Origin: an uncultured Verrucomicrobiae bacterium
Lineage (GTDB): Bacteria; Verrucomicrobiota; Verrucomicrobiia; Chthoniobacterales; JAATET01
Length of the DNA stretch: 64,000 nucleotides
NCBI GenBank assembly: GCA_963719495.1
Contig: CAVRCI010000002.1
Span: 96,001 to 160,000 of the forward strand
Reading direction: 5' to 3'
The stretch's first letter is position 1. Each line of letters opens with the position of its first letter. The notes under the pieces are model-generated. The model had not been told where the DNA came from. It did not search any database and worked only from the letters and a program-made list of their open reading frames with translations. Positions 52,250 to 61,659 of the stretch are shown in pieces. A program made the position numbers and the translations under genes.

Positions 52250-52381
52250 GGGCTAACGTCAAGCTCAGTCACCCCGATCGGGTGTCCGAACTACTGGTTT
52301 GTGATCAGCTGCAATCTGATCGTCCGCCAACCCCGAGAGCGAAGCGGCTAGGGGTTGACTGCAGCGCCTTGTTAGACCGTA

Positions 52382-52831
52382 TTATTCTTTTCTTAATACA
52401 TAAACGCCCCACGACTTCACCTTGTCGTTCTGTAGAAACTCAATCTGATTCAATACAAGCGTATCAGACTCAAATTTCATTTCATATAGATTGGCGGCTG
52501 CAACTGTTGGCGTTCCCTGTAATAGTAGCGTCTTTCCCTCTGCGTCTTCCACAATGCGAAAAACCCCATAGTCCATCTTGTCGCCCCCAAGAGGAAATCT
52601 CATCAATCCATCCTTCGCGAATGAAAAGAAGAATTTTGAAGCTTCTGCAATCTCGGCTGAGTCGAGTTCTTGAATAGCACTGTCTTTAGGGCTTTGCTTT
52701 TGAGACGCAGAAAAATCGATGCGCCATGTTCCGATCAATTCAGTCTTAAGTTGATCGAGCGTAGCGCCAGTGGCGGGAGTGGGTCCGATGGCGAGAATGG
52801 CAGCGACTATAAGCAATAATGTGTATTTCAT
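52382..52831 (-). CDS. Secreted lipocalin-like protein
   Basis: Signal peptide; LIGTW motif. Confidence 0.65.
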   Translation of the reverse strand: MKYTLLLIVAAILAIGPTPATGATLDQLKTELIGTWRIDFSASQKQSPKDSAIQELDSAEIAEASKFFFSFAKDGLMRFPLGGDKMDYGVFRIVEDAEGKTLLLQGTPTVAAANLYEMKFESDTLVLNQIEFLQNDKVKSWGVYVLRKE

Positions 52832-53138
52832 GTGATTAGTGGGTTATTGTAGAGATTTCTTGGAAGCTGTCTTTTCCGATTTACTTGAGAGTTGGTTCTT
52901 TTGGTCTGATTATCGGATGCCGGATTTTCATGGTCTAACGTCAAGCTCAGCCACCCTGAGCGGATAATCGGGCCAACCCTGAGGTGAGCTGCCGGTAGAG
53001 GGTCCGAGCAACCCCAGCCAGCGGAGCGGCTAGGGGTTGGCTGCAGCGCCTTGTTCGGCTGTATTGAGACAGTTGATTATATCTTTAGTGATACCTAGCG
53101 AGGTTATGGTGGATTGTCCGTAGGTAGAGATCTCAGAG

Positions 53139-53537
53139 TCAATATTCGGGAACAATATAAGTTCTTGGAAAAATTCTCCAAAATTGTGTTTCAAGAGCGC
53201 GAAGGGGAAGAAAGACGAAACTCGCAGCATGAAGCACTGGTAATAAATCGGCAGATTTGGAGCTAAAATTGAGAAATTGCGCTGGCCCTACGTCATGAAA
53301 ATAGACCTTCTCTGTGTATAAGGTTCCGAACGTGACCGTGTGGATGAATGCTCCGCTCATCCGGAGAACGGAATAACCCAAAAAATATAAAGTGATTAGG
53401 ACGAGGACCACGGGAATGATCTTTAGGCGTATCCTATACTTTCTGCTCCGCGACCGTCTTCTTGGACGAAGACGCGGCAGTCTCCCATGCCGTTTTATAA
53501 ATGCGATATGGCTTTCATTCGTGATTGGCTGATTCAT
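53139..53537 (-). CDS. Membrane hypothetical protein
   Basis: Basic N-terminus followed by a TM helix. Confidence 0.55.
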   Translation of the reverse strand: MNQPITNESHIAFIKRHGRLPRLRPRRRSRSRKYRIRLKIIPVVLVLITLYFLGYSVLRMSGAFIHTVTFGTLYTEKVYFHDVGPAQFLNFSSKSADLLPVLHAASFVFLPLRALETQFWRIFPRTYIVPEY

Positions 53538-53706
53538 GGCGGATTCGGATTCGTGGACATCTACAAGCGTCCGAAAGCGAACAAAATCATCCGCCGGAGG
53601 CTACTTATTGAGCCGAACGTCAAGCTCAGTCACCCCGAACGGGCGATGAGAAACGAGGAGTGATCATCTGCAATCTGGTCGTCCGCCAACCCCGAGAGCG
53701 AAGCGG

Positions 53707-54138
53707 CTAGGGGTTGACTGCAGCGCCTTGTTCGGTCTTTCTGTGAACGAGTTGGATGAGATCCGCCATAGTTTTTGAATGAAGCGCTTCATGATCTGTG
53801 ATCTTGATATTGAATCTATTCTCGAGTTCGACAACTATCTCGACGTCTGCCATCGAATCAATATCCCAGATAGCTCGAAAATCTGATGAGAAGTCATCTG
53901 TTGGTTCAAGTCCAGTAAGATCTATATCCAGTTGTTCGAAAATGACTTCTCTTACTCCAAGGACGACGTGCTTTGGATAGTTTGTGTCTCGGAAGAATTT
54001 GTTGTAAAATTCGTCGCCCGATCGGTCTGGTCGCGTTTTTAGTAGATTTTGAATTGTTTTTTTTGGCTCGACTTCAAATTTGAAGTAGAGAAACAAAAGA
54101 ACACCACAGGTCACAATTGCAGCTATTGTTGTGAGCAT
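53707..54138 (-). CDS. TM-anchored acyl-carrier-protein-like protein
   Basis: DSMADVEIVVELENRFNIKI phosphopantetheine-site motif. Confidence 0.75.
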   Translation of the reverse strand: MLTTIAAIVTCGVLLFLYFKFEVEPKKTIQNLLKTRPDRSGDEFYNKFFRDTNYPKHVVLGVREVIFEQLDIDLTGLEPTDDFSSDFRAIWDIDSMADVEIVVELENRFNIKITDHEALHSKTMADLIQLVHRKTEQGAAVNP

Positions 54139-54335
54139 CAATATTTGCTAGTTGGCCTGCGTTAATCGTGAGCTTCGTATTTTATCCGCCGGAGGCTGTA
54201 TGACCGAACGTCAAGCTCAGCCACCCCGAACGGGCGAGCGAATTTGTCTGGTGATCTTCTGGAAGTTGTGGGTCCGCGCAACCCCAAGAGCGAAGCGGCT
54301 AGGGGTTGGCTGCAGCGCCTTGTTCGGCTGTATTG

Positions 54336-54728
54336 CTATCCTGATATCGAATACCAGTAGATGCCGGGTTCAATCTTTTCATATCTTACGCCTTCAGTTT
54401 GTTCGTGATCCAATGGGTCGTAGCCAGCAGGTGGAATGTAAAAACCTTGCTCTTTGCTGACCCACTTGAAAAATAGAATCGTTGTTCCGTAATCTGTAGA
54501 TCGAACAAACTTCGGATCTACTTCACGAATTTCGTTGGGCCAGTCGCTTTCCGGAATGTCATATTGATAACTCTGTTCTTGTTCGAGAGCTTTCAAATTT
54601 AACGAGCGGGTGCTTGTGACGAGTGCTCGGGTATCGATCGAACTGAGCTTGCGCAAAGCTGATGGCTTCGGGCTACACCCAGAGACGATTAGCGCGAATG
54701 CCAGATATGCTGCTATTCGAATTATCAT
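54336..54728 (-). CDS. Lipoprotein
   Basis: Lipobox IVSGC. Confidence 0.75.
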   Translation of the reverse strand: MIIRIAAYLAFALIVSGCSPKPSALRKLSSIDTRALVTSTRSLNLKALEQEQSYQYDIPESDWPNEIREVDPKFVRSTDYGTTILFFKWVSKEQGFYIPPAGYDPLDHEQTEGVRYEKIEPGIYWYSISG

Positions 54729-54892
54729 AAATTGTTGAGCGCGTTAAGCAGTGCATTACAGACGACTCACCAATATATCATCCGCCGGAGGCTGAGCCGA
54801 ACGTCAAGCTCAGCCACCCTGAGCGGGCAATCAATCCAACCCCACGGTGAGCTGCCGGAAGCGGGACCGAGCAACCCCAGCCAGCGAAGCGG

Positions 54893-55558
54893 CTAGGGGT
54901 TGGCTGCAGCGCCTTGTTCGGTCCGCTCGGTCGATCCGAGTCTAGCGCACAGTTGTCGATATACCCATATCGCCGCAATGATTGGAATAATCAATCCGAG
55001 TATTCCCCACGGCTCTTTCGGAACATAGGTAAAACCCTCCTTGGTAGGAATGATGGCTGAAGCTACGTCGGTCATCCACAGCCAAAACACAACGCATGTT
55101 GCAGCGAACGATACGCGACTAAACAACTGATTGGATGGTGGGGTAGTAATCGAAAGAAATTTCAGAATGAGAGAAATGAGAAGAAGGTAGGCGGGATAAG
55201 CGAGCAGACATCCGAAAAGAGACGAGGTTGAGAATGCTATTTCTTCAGGGAGGAACCGTGGAGTAATAGTTGAAAGGCATGATAACGTTAAGAGCGCGCA
55301 GAACACCGATAAAATTCCCGCAATCCATCTTAGGGATGAGATACTGCATCTTTTGATTAGCTTTATGCCATGAACAACCGGAATGATCCCCAAAATGACC
55401 ATCAATGGCGAAGTCGTGAGAATGAATGCGACATTGATCGCTTGGATGTCCGCAACACGGAATTGTTCTATAAGTGGCTGCAGGGCAAGTGCTACCCATA
55501 AAGCCCCGAATATTGTAGATGATCCTCCTATGAGCTTACGACGTTGACTTGTATTCAT
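54893..55558 (-). CDS. Multi-TM membrane protein
   Basis: About six hydrophobic segments. Confidence 0.75.
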   Translation of the reverse strand: MNTSQRRKLIGGSSTIFGALWVALALQPLIEQFRVADIQAINVAFILTTSPLMVILGIIPVVHGIKLIKRCSISSLRWIAGILSVFCALLTLSCLSTITPRFLPEEIAFSTSSLFGCLLAYPAYLLLISLILKFLSITTPPSNQLFSRVSFAATCVVFWLWMTDVASAIIPTKEGFTYVPKEPWGILGLIIPIIAAIWVYRQLCARLGSTERTEQGAAANP

Positions 55559-55685
55559 ATTTTGAGACCGAACGTCAAGCTCAGTCACCCCGAACGGGTG
55601 CTGAGGAAAATGGTGTGATCAACTGCAATTTGACCGTCCGCCAACCCCGAGAGCGAAGCGGCTAGGGGTTGACTGCAGCGCCTTG

Positions 55686-55910
55686 TTAGACCCGCATTGT
55701 ATTATCTATGAAAGTTTCTCCGCCTGCTTGGTTCTGCGGCATCAATACTTCATATTTTGGTCGCTCTCCCTTTTTTTCCAATTGGATGTGAATGTCAGAT
55801 ACCATTTTTTCAATCTTATCTTTTTCCTCTGGAAGCTTTGCGTCCTGCAATAAACGCTGAAAGAACAATAGGGCGTTCTGCTCATCTCCTTTGGTGTATG
55901 CGTATGTCAT
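55686..55910 (-). CDS. Small helical protein coupled to the Ntn protease
   Basis: ATGA overlap at 55907-55910. Confidence 0.65.
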   Translation of the reverse strand: MTYAYTKGDEQNALLFFQRLLQDAKLPEEKDKIEKMVSDIHIQLEKKGERPKYEVLMPQNQAGGETFIDNTMRV

Positions 55911-56728
55911 AGTTTTGAGTTCGTTTCTTGGTCTAGTAGCTTGTAGAGTTCCTTCTGTGCAATCCATTGGAAGCCGCGATAGTTTGTTACGAGTGCGATA
56001 TCAATATCGCCTCCAACAGTCGGCATTCGACCGGAAAATCGCTGGTAATCTGCCGTAGTCCTTATCAAGAAGCGCGCGTAATCGATGGCGTCTTGAAGCG
56101 AAAAGACCGTGTAGTTAGCACCGGTTCCCTGCTGTCCCCATAAAAGACTTACCACTGATCCATCCCCGGACCAAGTGCAGCCGATGGAATCGTATGTTTC
56201 GTGTGTGACCTGTTTTCCAATATGAATCAGTCTCGTTTGTGCGATTGGGTCGCCGTGTGCATCTTTGGAAAAACCGACAAAATGAAAACCAAGTGGTGCC
56301 CAAGTATCTGGAATAAGGTCTAGCGATAAGTTTGATTTGCTGAGTTCCGTGACTAACTGATTGTGAAAATACGTTGAGACTGCCTCCGAAAGTAGCTCAA
56401 ACTCGTCTTCTCCATCGGGAGCAGTCGGCAGAGTTGGATTTAATGCCGTAACGTGGTTGTAGATGCTTCTACCATTGACGTAAGCATTCCCATTGGTGGC
56501 GATTCCAAATTTGGAACTTATTGGAAAAAGTTTTTGGGCATACGGCCAAGTTGAGACGGGAACAGAAAGAGGTGGGGCAGCAACATCCTCAATCAACATA
56601 TCCTCACCGCAAGCCTTACACTGAGCGTTGAGATTCATCTTCTGGTTGATCGGGCTACTTACAGTAGAGAGGCTGTCGGATGCGATAACGATTCCGTCCG
56701 GAACTCTAAGAGATACATTTAATGTCAT
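55907..56728 (-). CDS. Proteasome-beta/Ntn-hydrolase-type protease
   Basis: M-T start, DGIVIASDS, QKLF, SG, TVGGDIDIALVT motifs. Confidence 0.75.
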   Translation of the reverse strand: MTLNVSLRVPDGIVIASDSLSTVSSPINQKMNLNAQCKACGEDMLIEDVAAPPLSVPVSTWPYAQKLFPISSKFGIATNGNAYVNGRSIYNHVTALNPTLPTAPDGEDEFELLSEAVSTYFHNQLVTELSKSNLSLDLIPDTWAPLGFHFVGFSKDAHGDPIAQTRLIHIGKQVTHETYDSIGCTWSGDGSVVSLLWGQQGTGANYTVFSLQDAIDYARFLIRTTADYQRFSGRMPTVGGDIDIALVTNYRGFQWIAQKELYKLLDQETNSKL

Positions 56729-56845
56729 AAGTGGGTATTGTATAATTGGTCTAACGTCAAGCTCAGCCACCCTGAGCGGACAATCAAGCCAACCCGGAGG
56801 TGAGCTGCCGATAGCGAGACCGAGCAACCCCAGCCAGCGGAGCGG

Positions 56846-57214
56846 CTAGGGGTTGGCTGCAGCGCCTTGTTGGGTCTTTCCTTCTTCTATAAACTCGGCA
56901 AGTCGTGTCAATAGACGATCATATCGCTCTTCAGTGATGTGACCGAGTGTTCCAGCGAAGCTGTCTGTTGGAAGGACTGCGAGATACCCAAGTCTGATTA
57001 CAGAAGTCTTCTTCAAACCAGTTTCGGGGAAGTCATCGTCGTCAGCCGAAATGATCTCGTCGAAATCAGGGACAGCCTGACGGAGTTGAGTGCTGACTCC
57101 GCAGACAAGAAGGTCGTTGAATGGCGGAACCACGCGTAGAACAACTACGGGCCGATTCTTGATCCGTCCGTCGGATTGTGGCAGGGGTGTAAGCAGAATA
57201 TCTCTTTCTGTCAT
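56846..57214 (-). CDS. PemK/MazF-family toxin
   Basis: PLPQSDGRIKNRPVVV...VST...GL...S.IR motifs. Confidence 0.85.
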   Translation of the reverse strand: MTERDILLTPLPQSDGRIKNRPVVVLRVVPPFNDLLVCGVSTQLRQAVPDFDEIISADDDDFPETGLKKTSVIRLGYLAVLPTDSFAGTLGHITEERYDRLLTRLAEFIEEGKTQQGAAANP

Positions 57215-57423
57215 GACCGGAGATCAGACAGAAGGTATTCGGGTTCTTCATCACTGTAAGCTTTAGCGAGTGAGGAGATTGCGATTGCCGAGAAGTCAGA
57301 TCTCTCGGATGACTGTTCTCTCAGAACCGTAATAAACAGACTACAGTTGTTTGGAAGCGCATATGGCTCATCCAACAGAATTTGCTGACCGTCGAAGTGG
57401 GCTTTGAGAGTGACATTCGGCAT
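57211..57423 (-). CDS. Putative antitoxin
   Basis: KAHFDGQQI.LDEP...AYSDEEPEY; ATGA overlap with the toxin. Confidence 0.7.
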   Translation of the reverse strand: MPNVTLKAHFDGQQILLDEPYALPNNCSLFITVLREQSSERSDFSAIAISSLAKAYSDEEPEYLLSDLRS

Positions 57424-57595
57424 GCGATATTTCTACCGGATTTTCGAATATCGTGCAAGAAATCGTTCATGGACCCAACGTCAAGCTCAGCCACCCTGAG
57501 CGGGGCAACGAACGTCTAGGCAAGGTGTTTGCTGGAAGGGGGATCGGTCGGCCAAGGCTTGCCTCAGGCCGGCTAGGGGTTGGCTGCAGCGCCTT

Positions 57596-57945
57596 GTTCG
57601 TCGGAAACGGTGACTGCACAATGGAGGACCTGAGCGTCCGACAGGCTGACGATGATCAAATCCAGCAAGCGGCTTCGTTAGAGCATTCAGTCGAAGAGGC
57701 CTCTGTGGTCCAGATTGACGACGCATTATAACTATATTGCTCGTGACACGAGAAGGGCGGAACGGATTCTGGATTGGTCTACTCTTGCCGCGTGAGCGCC
57801 CCAAGCGTGCATGGCAGGCGAAAAACCCTTGGCGTCGAATCGGGAGTGATCAATGGAAAGCCAGAATCGTGCTCAATCGTATGCCGAAGGGAATCGAGCA
57901 ACTCTAAACTTTCCCTTGATTTTAACCCCAATAAATCAGGCGAAC
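57596..57945. other. Non-coding cassette family A, copy 10
   Basis: Matches copy 3. Confidence 0.8.
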
Positions 57946-58060
57946 GTCAAGCTCAGCCACCCTGAGCGGGGCAACGAACGTCTAGGCAAGGTGTTTGCCG
58001 GAAGGGGATCGGTCGGCCAAGGCTTGCCTTTGGTCGGCTAGGGGTTGGCTGCAGCGCCTT

Positions 58061-58410
58061 GTTCGTCGGAAACGGTGACTGCACAATGGAGGACCAGAGC
58101 GTCCGACAGGCTGAGGATGATCAAATCCAGCAAACGGCTTCGTTAGAGCATTCAGTAGAAAATGCTTCTGTGGTCCAGATTGACTCCGCATTATAAATAT
58201 ATTGTTCGTGACAAGAGCAGTGCGGAACGGATTCTGGATGGATCTACTCATGCCGCGTGAGCGCCCCAAGCGTGCATGGCAGGCGAATAGCCGTTGGCGT
58301 CGAATCGAGAGTGATCAATGGAAAATTAGAATCGTGCTCAATCGTATGCCGAAGGGAATCGAGCAACTCTGAACCTTCCCTTGATCTCCACTACAATAAA
58401 TCAGGCGAAC
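58061..58410. other. Non-coding cassette family A, copy 11 (tandem with copy 10)
   Basis: Homologous to 468-817. Confidence 0.8.
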
Positions 58411-58475
58411 GTCAAGCTCAGCCACCCCGAACGGGGGACCGAACTCTCAGGTTGGTGTGATGGAATGGACGGAAG

Positions 58476-59084
58476 TCAGAGCAACAGTGCCGGGTAGCGG
58501 CTAGGGGTTGGCTGCAGCGCCTTGTTGGATCGCATTTCTCTGTTTTTCGACAATCTTAAAAGTGCACAGATACTCCCGACGAAGATGAGAGTCAGAACAG
58601 TAGGTTCAGGTATGGCGGCAATGGCCTGGGGATTCTCCGTAAAGAAGGGATCCGTGTCAAAATAGATGACCGGAATCTCATCATCTCGCATGTCAAAAGA
58701 GTTGTTGGGAACGAGATTCGCATCCAAGCGGCGTTCCCATTTGATTGCTAGATCGCGGCCTGGACGATTTAGAAGAAATACCAATACACTCCCTTCTGAG
58801 ATTGAAATCGAATCAGTTGTAGCGAAGAGGCTTGTTGAATGAGTTCGAACTTCGTGATTCGTAAAGGATGAATCAAAATTTAGTGTATCACTCCCGTCAG
58901 TCGAGGTGATGGACCATCCGGTTATGTTGGTATCTGTGATCGCACCCAATGTTCCATCAGTCGAAATGAAGCCTGAAGTGAAAAATCCATTCTGGGTTCC
59001 GAAATCGGATAATTGATAAGTTAGAGCAGAAGCACTATGGGCAAGAGCGAGTGCGGAGATAAGAAATGTGAGTGAGGTTTTCAT
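58476..59084 (-). CDS. PEP-CTERM exosortase-target surface protein
   Basis: Signal peptide; IPEP, TM and basic tail. Confidence 0.8.
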   Translation of the reverse strand: MKTSLTFLISALALAHSASALTYQLSDFGTQNGFFTSGFISTDGTLGAITDTNITGWSITSTDGSDTLNFDSSFTNHEVRTHSTSLFATTDSISISEGSVLVFLLNRPGRDLAIKWERRLDANLVPNNSFDMRDDEIPVIYFDTDPFFTENPQAIAAIPEPTVLTLIFVGSICALLRLSKNREMRSNKALQPTPSRYPALLL

Positions 59085-59210
59085 AAATAGATCCAACGCC
59101 AAGCTCAGCCACCCCGAACCGGGGACCAAACTCTGAGCTTGATGTGATGGAATTGACGGAAATCAGAACAAGAGCGCCAGGTGACGGCTAGGGGTTGGCT
59201 GCAGCGCCCT

Positions 59211-59603
59211 GGTCGTCGGGACGGCTCGTAGAGACAACGGTGCGCCGTAGCATCCGACAGGGGCTGAACCGTGGAAGTCAGGACCAACGCGACCATAGCG
59301 ACCGAGGCTCGAGCCAGACTGGTCGCGGCAATATCTTCTCGTGATGGTGAAAAGGTAGCCGAAGCGAATCAATCAACGAAGTCACTGAAACGGAAGCTCG
59401 ACCCGGCTCTGCGGCTGGAGCGGCGAGACACGGAACGGCGGAGGGAGATCGGAGAGGTGGAAGAGGGCGGCTGTGACGAGGAGAGTCGGCGGATGGAAGG
59501 GGAAAAGGGCATCCAGTCGAAGCTGCTCGGCTCAGTCGCCCGCCCGAATCTAAAGCCGACGTCCCTGATCCGAACTCAATCATTATTTTTGTAATAGGCG
59601 ACC
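59211..59603. other. Family E cassette with GGT/ACC cores
   Basis: Homologous to 31982-32375. Confidence 0.7.
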
Positions 59604-59755
59604 GTCAAGCTCTGCCACCCTGAACGGATGTGCGAACCACTGATAATGATCTGCTGAAGGTGACGCTTCCGAGCGTCTGAAACGGAGTGCGGCTAGGGGT
59701 TGGCTGCAGCGCCTTGTTAGGGCCTTCAGAGCGTTGATGAGTATGGTTGTTTTTC

Positions 59756-59998
59756 CTACTCCAAAAACTCGATTCCGAAAGTTTCTTCGATCGAACCTCG
59801 GTAATTCGATGCAGCTACGCCGTCAATTTTCAGGACTGAGCCGTCAGAAAATCCCAATTCCAATCTGGAGTAGTCGACGATCTCGTTGTTTATCTCATTT
59901 CCATCAGGCTCGCCCTCGCTGAAAATATCTTCCTTGTATTTTGCCCAGACCAACGCCTGGAGTAAATATGTGCGGCCTTCGTGTAGTATGGTTTTCAT
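59756..59998 (-). CDS. Small hypothetical protein
   Basis: 80-aa ORF in its own cassette. Confidence 0.6.
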   Translation of the reverse strand: MKTILHEGRTYLLQALVWAKYKEDIFSEGEPDGNEINNEIVDYSRLELGFSDGSVLKIDGVAASNYRGSIEETFGIEFLE

Positions 59999-60188
59999 AT
60001 AATTTGATTTGCGTCGTTCCTAGATTTTAGATGAATAGATGAGAAACCAATTTTCATGCCCTAACGTCAAGCTCAGCCACCCTGAACGGGCGACCGCAGA
60101 CAACTGGTGATCAACTGCCGGTAGTGGGTGGCGCAACCCCAGGAGCGAAGCGGATAGGGGTTGGCTGCAGCGCCTTGTTCGGCTGTAT

Positions 60189-60746
60189 TTAATATTTCTT
60201 CTGAATATATACAAGCCTTTCGGCCATGCATTTGAAGCAGTGAAAGAGCACCTGTTCAGGTATAAGTTCGAAATCAACTTTTGGATCTGCTGTGTTTGTT
60301 CTGGTGTCCACCGAGTTGGCCAATGAATCACGATACATTCGCGTTATCGACTTAAAACTTGGGTTTTCGGACGATACAGCATTGCTTGAAAAATCTTCCG
60401 CAATAAATCCGACCGCCTCTGCTAGAATTGTAGGGCAGATATCTTTGATGTCGGAAAGAGCAACTTTCGGATCGGAGGTTGGTTCCACGAGAGCGTGACC
60501 AGCAATCTGGTAACATGAGATACGAAGAGTCTTCTCTTGATCTTCTGATTTCGCTGTTGGCGAATATGCACAGTATCCAAAGCTCATAGCGATAGTCCGG
60601 ACTTTTAATAGACCGATTCCAGAAACTGGAAATGGCGATACATGGTTTCGATAGACCCTCTCTATTTCGGATGCGAATCCTGGTGCCCACCGAAATAGGT
60701 CTTCAATGGGATCTTGTTTGCTAAAAATGAGTTTGAGTAATGACAT
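60189..60746 (-). CDS. Hypothetical protein
   Basis: ORF filling the cassette. Confidence 0.65.
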   Translation of the reverse strand: MSLLKLIFSKQDPIEDLFRWAPGFASEIERVYRNHVSPFPVSGIGLLKVRTIAMSFGYCAYSPTAKSEDQEKTLRISCYQIAGHALVEPTSDPKVALSDIKDICPTILAEAVGFIAEDFSSNAVSSENPSFKSITRMYRDSLANSVDTRTNTADPKVDFELIPEQVLFHCFKCMAERLVYIQKKY

Positions 60747-60908
60747 GATGATTTATGAATTTATTTCTAAGCCGAACGTCAAGCTCAGCCACCCTGAGCG
60801 GGTAACCGAGCCAACCCTGAGGTGAGCTGCCAATAGCGGGACCGAGCAACCCCAGCCAGCGAAGCGGCTAGGGGTTGGCTGCAGCGCCTTGTTGGACTCG
60901 CATTCGCT

Positions 60909-61538
60909 TTACACGAAGCGTTCGAGTCCGTCCCAATCTGATTTCAATGGCATTCTCTTACGAGGATCATGCAGACCTACTTCTTCCAGCAAATGGCTGC
61001 ATCTTCCGTAGTTGCAGGGCGCACATGTTATGACCATGTTTTGAAGGTCGTTGCATCCACCGCGGGCGTGGGGTAGCAGGTGGTCATACTGAACCCACAT
61101 TGCCTGAAATGCTGCATGTTGGCTTTGATTCGTGGATCCCCAACCTACTGATTCTGGATACTTAGATGCGATTTTGTGGCGGATGTCTTTCCGAATGATT
61201 GGAATGGAACAAAACCGACAATGGTAACCGTCGCGATCGAGAAGTGCCTGTTTCTCGGCAGTGGTGGGCATCCGGACAGGAATTCGATCTTCCTTGGCTA
61301 GTGAAATTGGAGCGTTCTCGATAGACCGAAGTCGAATATATGGGCTGTTGGTGCCCCATAGTGATTCGGTCCAATCTCGGATTGTAGGCATGTCAGCGAG
61401 CTTGAAATAGTAGTTCGCTTTTTCTCTATCGTTGTTCAAATGTGATGCAACTGCTGACTGCAAATAGTCTGCTGCTTCATATATTTCTGGTATTGGGTCG
61501 CGTAGGCACCAGCGGTTTTCGGAAAAGGGAGTGGTCAT
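60909..61538 (-). CDS. HNH endonuclease
   Basis: RDGYHCRFC...DHLLP.ARGG.N...N...C..CN motifs. Confidence 0.9.
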   Translation of the reverse strand: MTTPFSENRWCLRDPIPEIYEAADYLQSAVASHLNNDREKANYYFKLADMPTIRDWTESLWGTNSPYIRLRSIENAPISLAKEDRIPVRMPTTAEKQALLDRDGYHCRFCSIPIIRKDIRHKIASKYPESVGWGSTNQSQHAAFQAMWVQYDHLLPHARGGCNDLQNMVITCAPCNYGRCSHLLEEVGLHDPRKRMPLKSDWDGLERFV

Positions 61539-61659
61539 AGTGATTTGTATTTATTGTATAGGAGTCCAACGTCAAGCTCAGCCACCCCGAACGGGCGACC
61601 GAATACTACTGATGATCAACTGCCTGTTGCGGGTCCGCGCAACCCCAGCCGCGCAGCGG

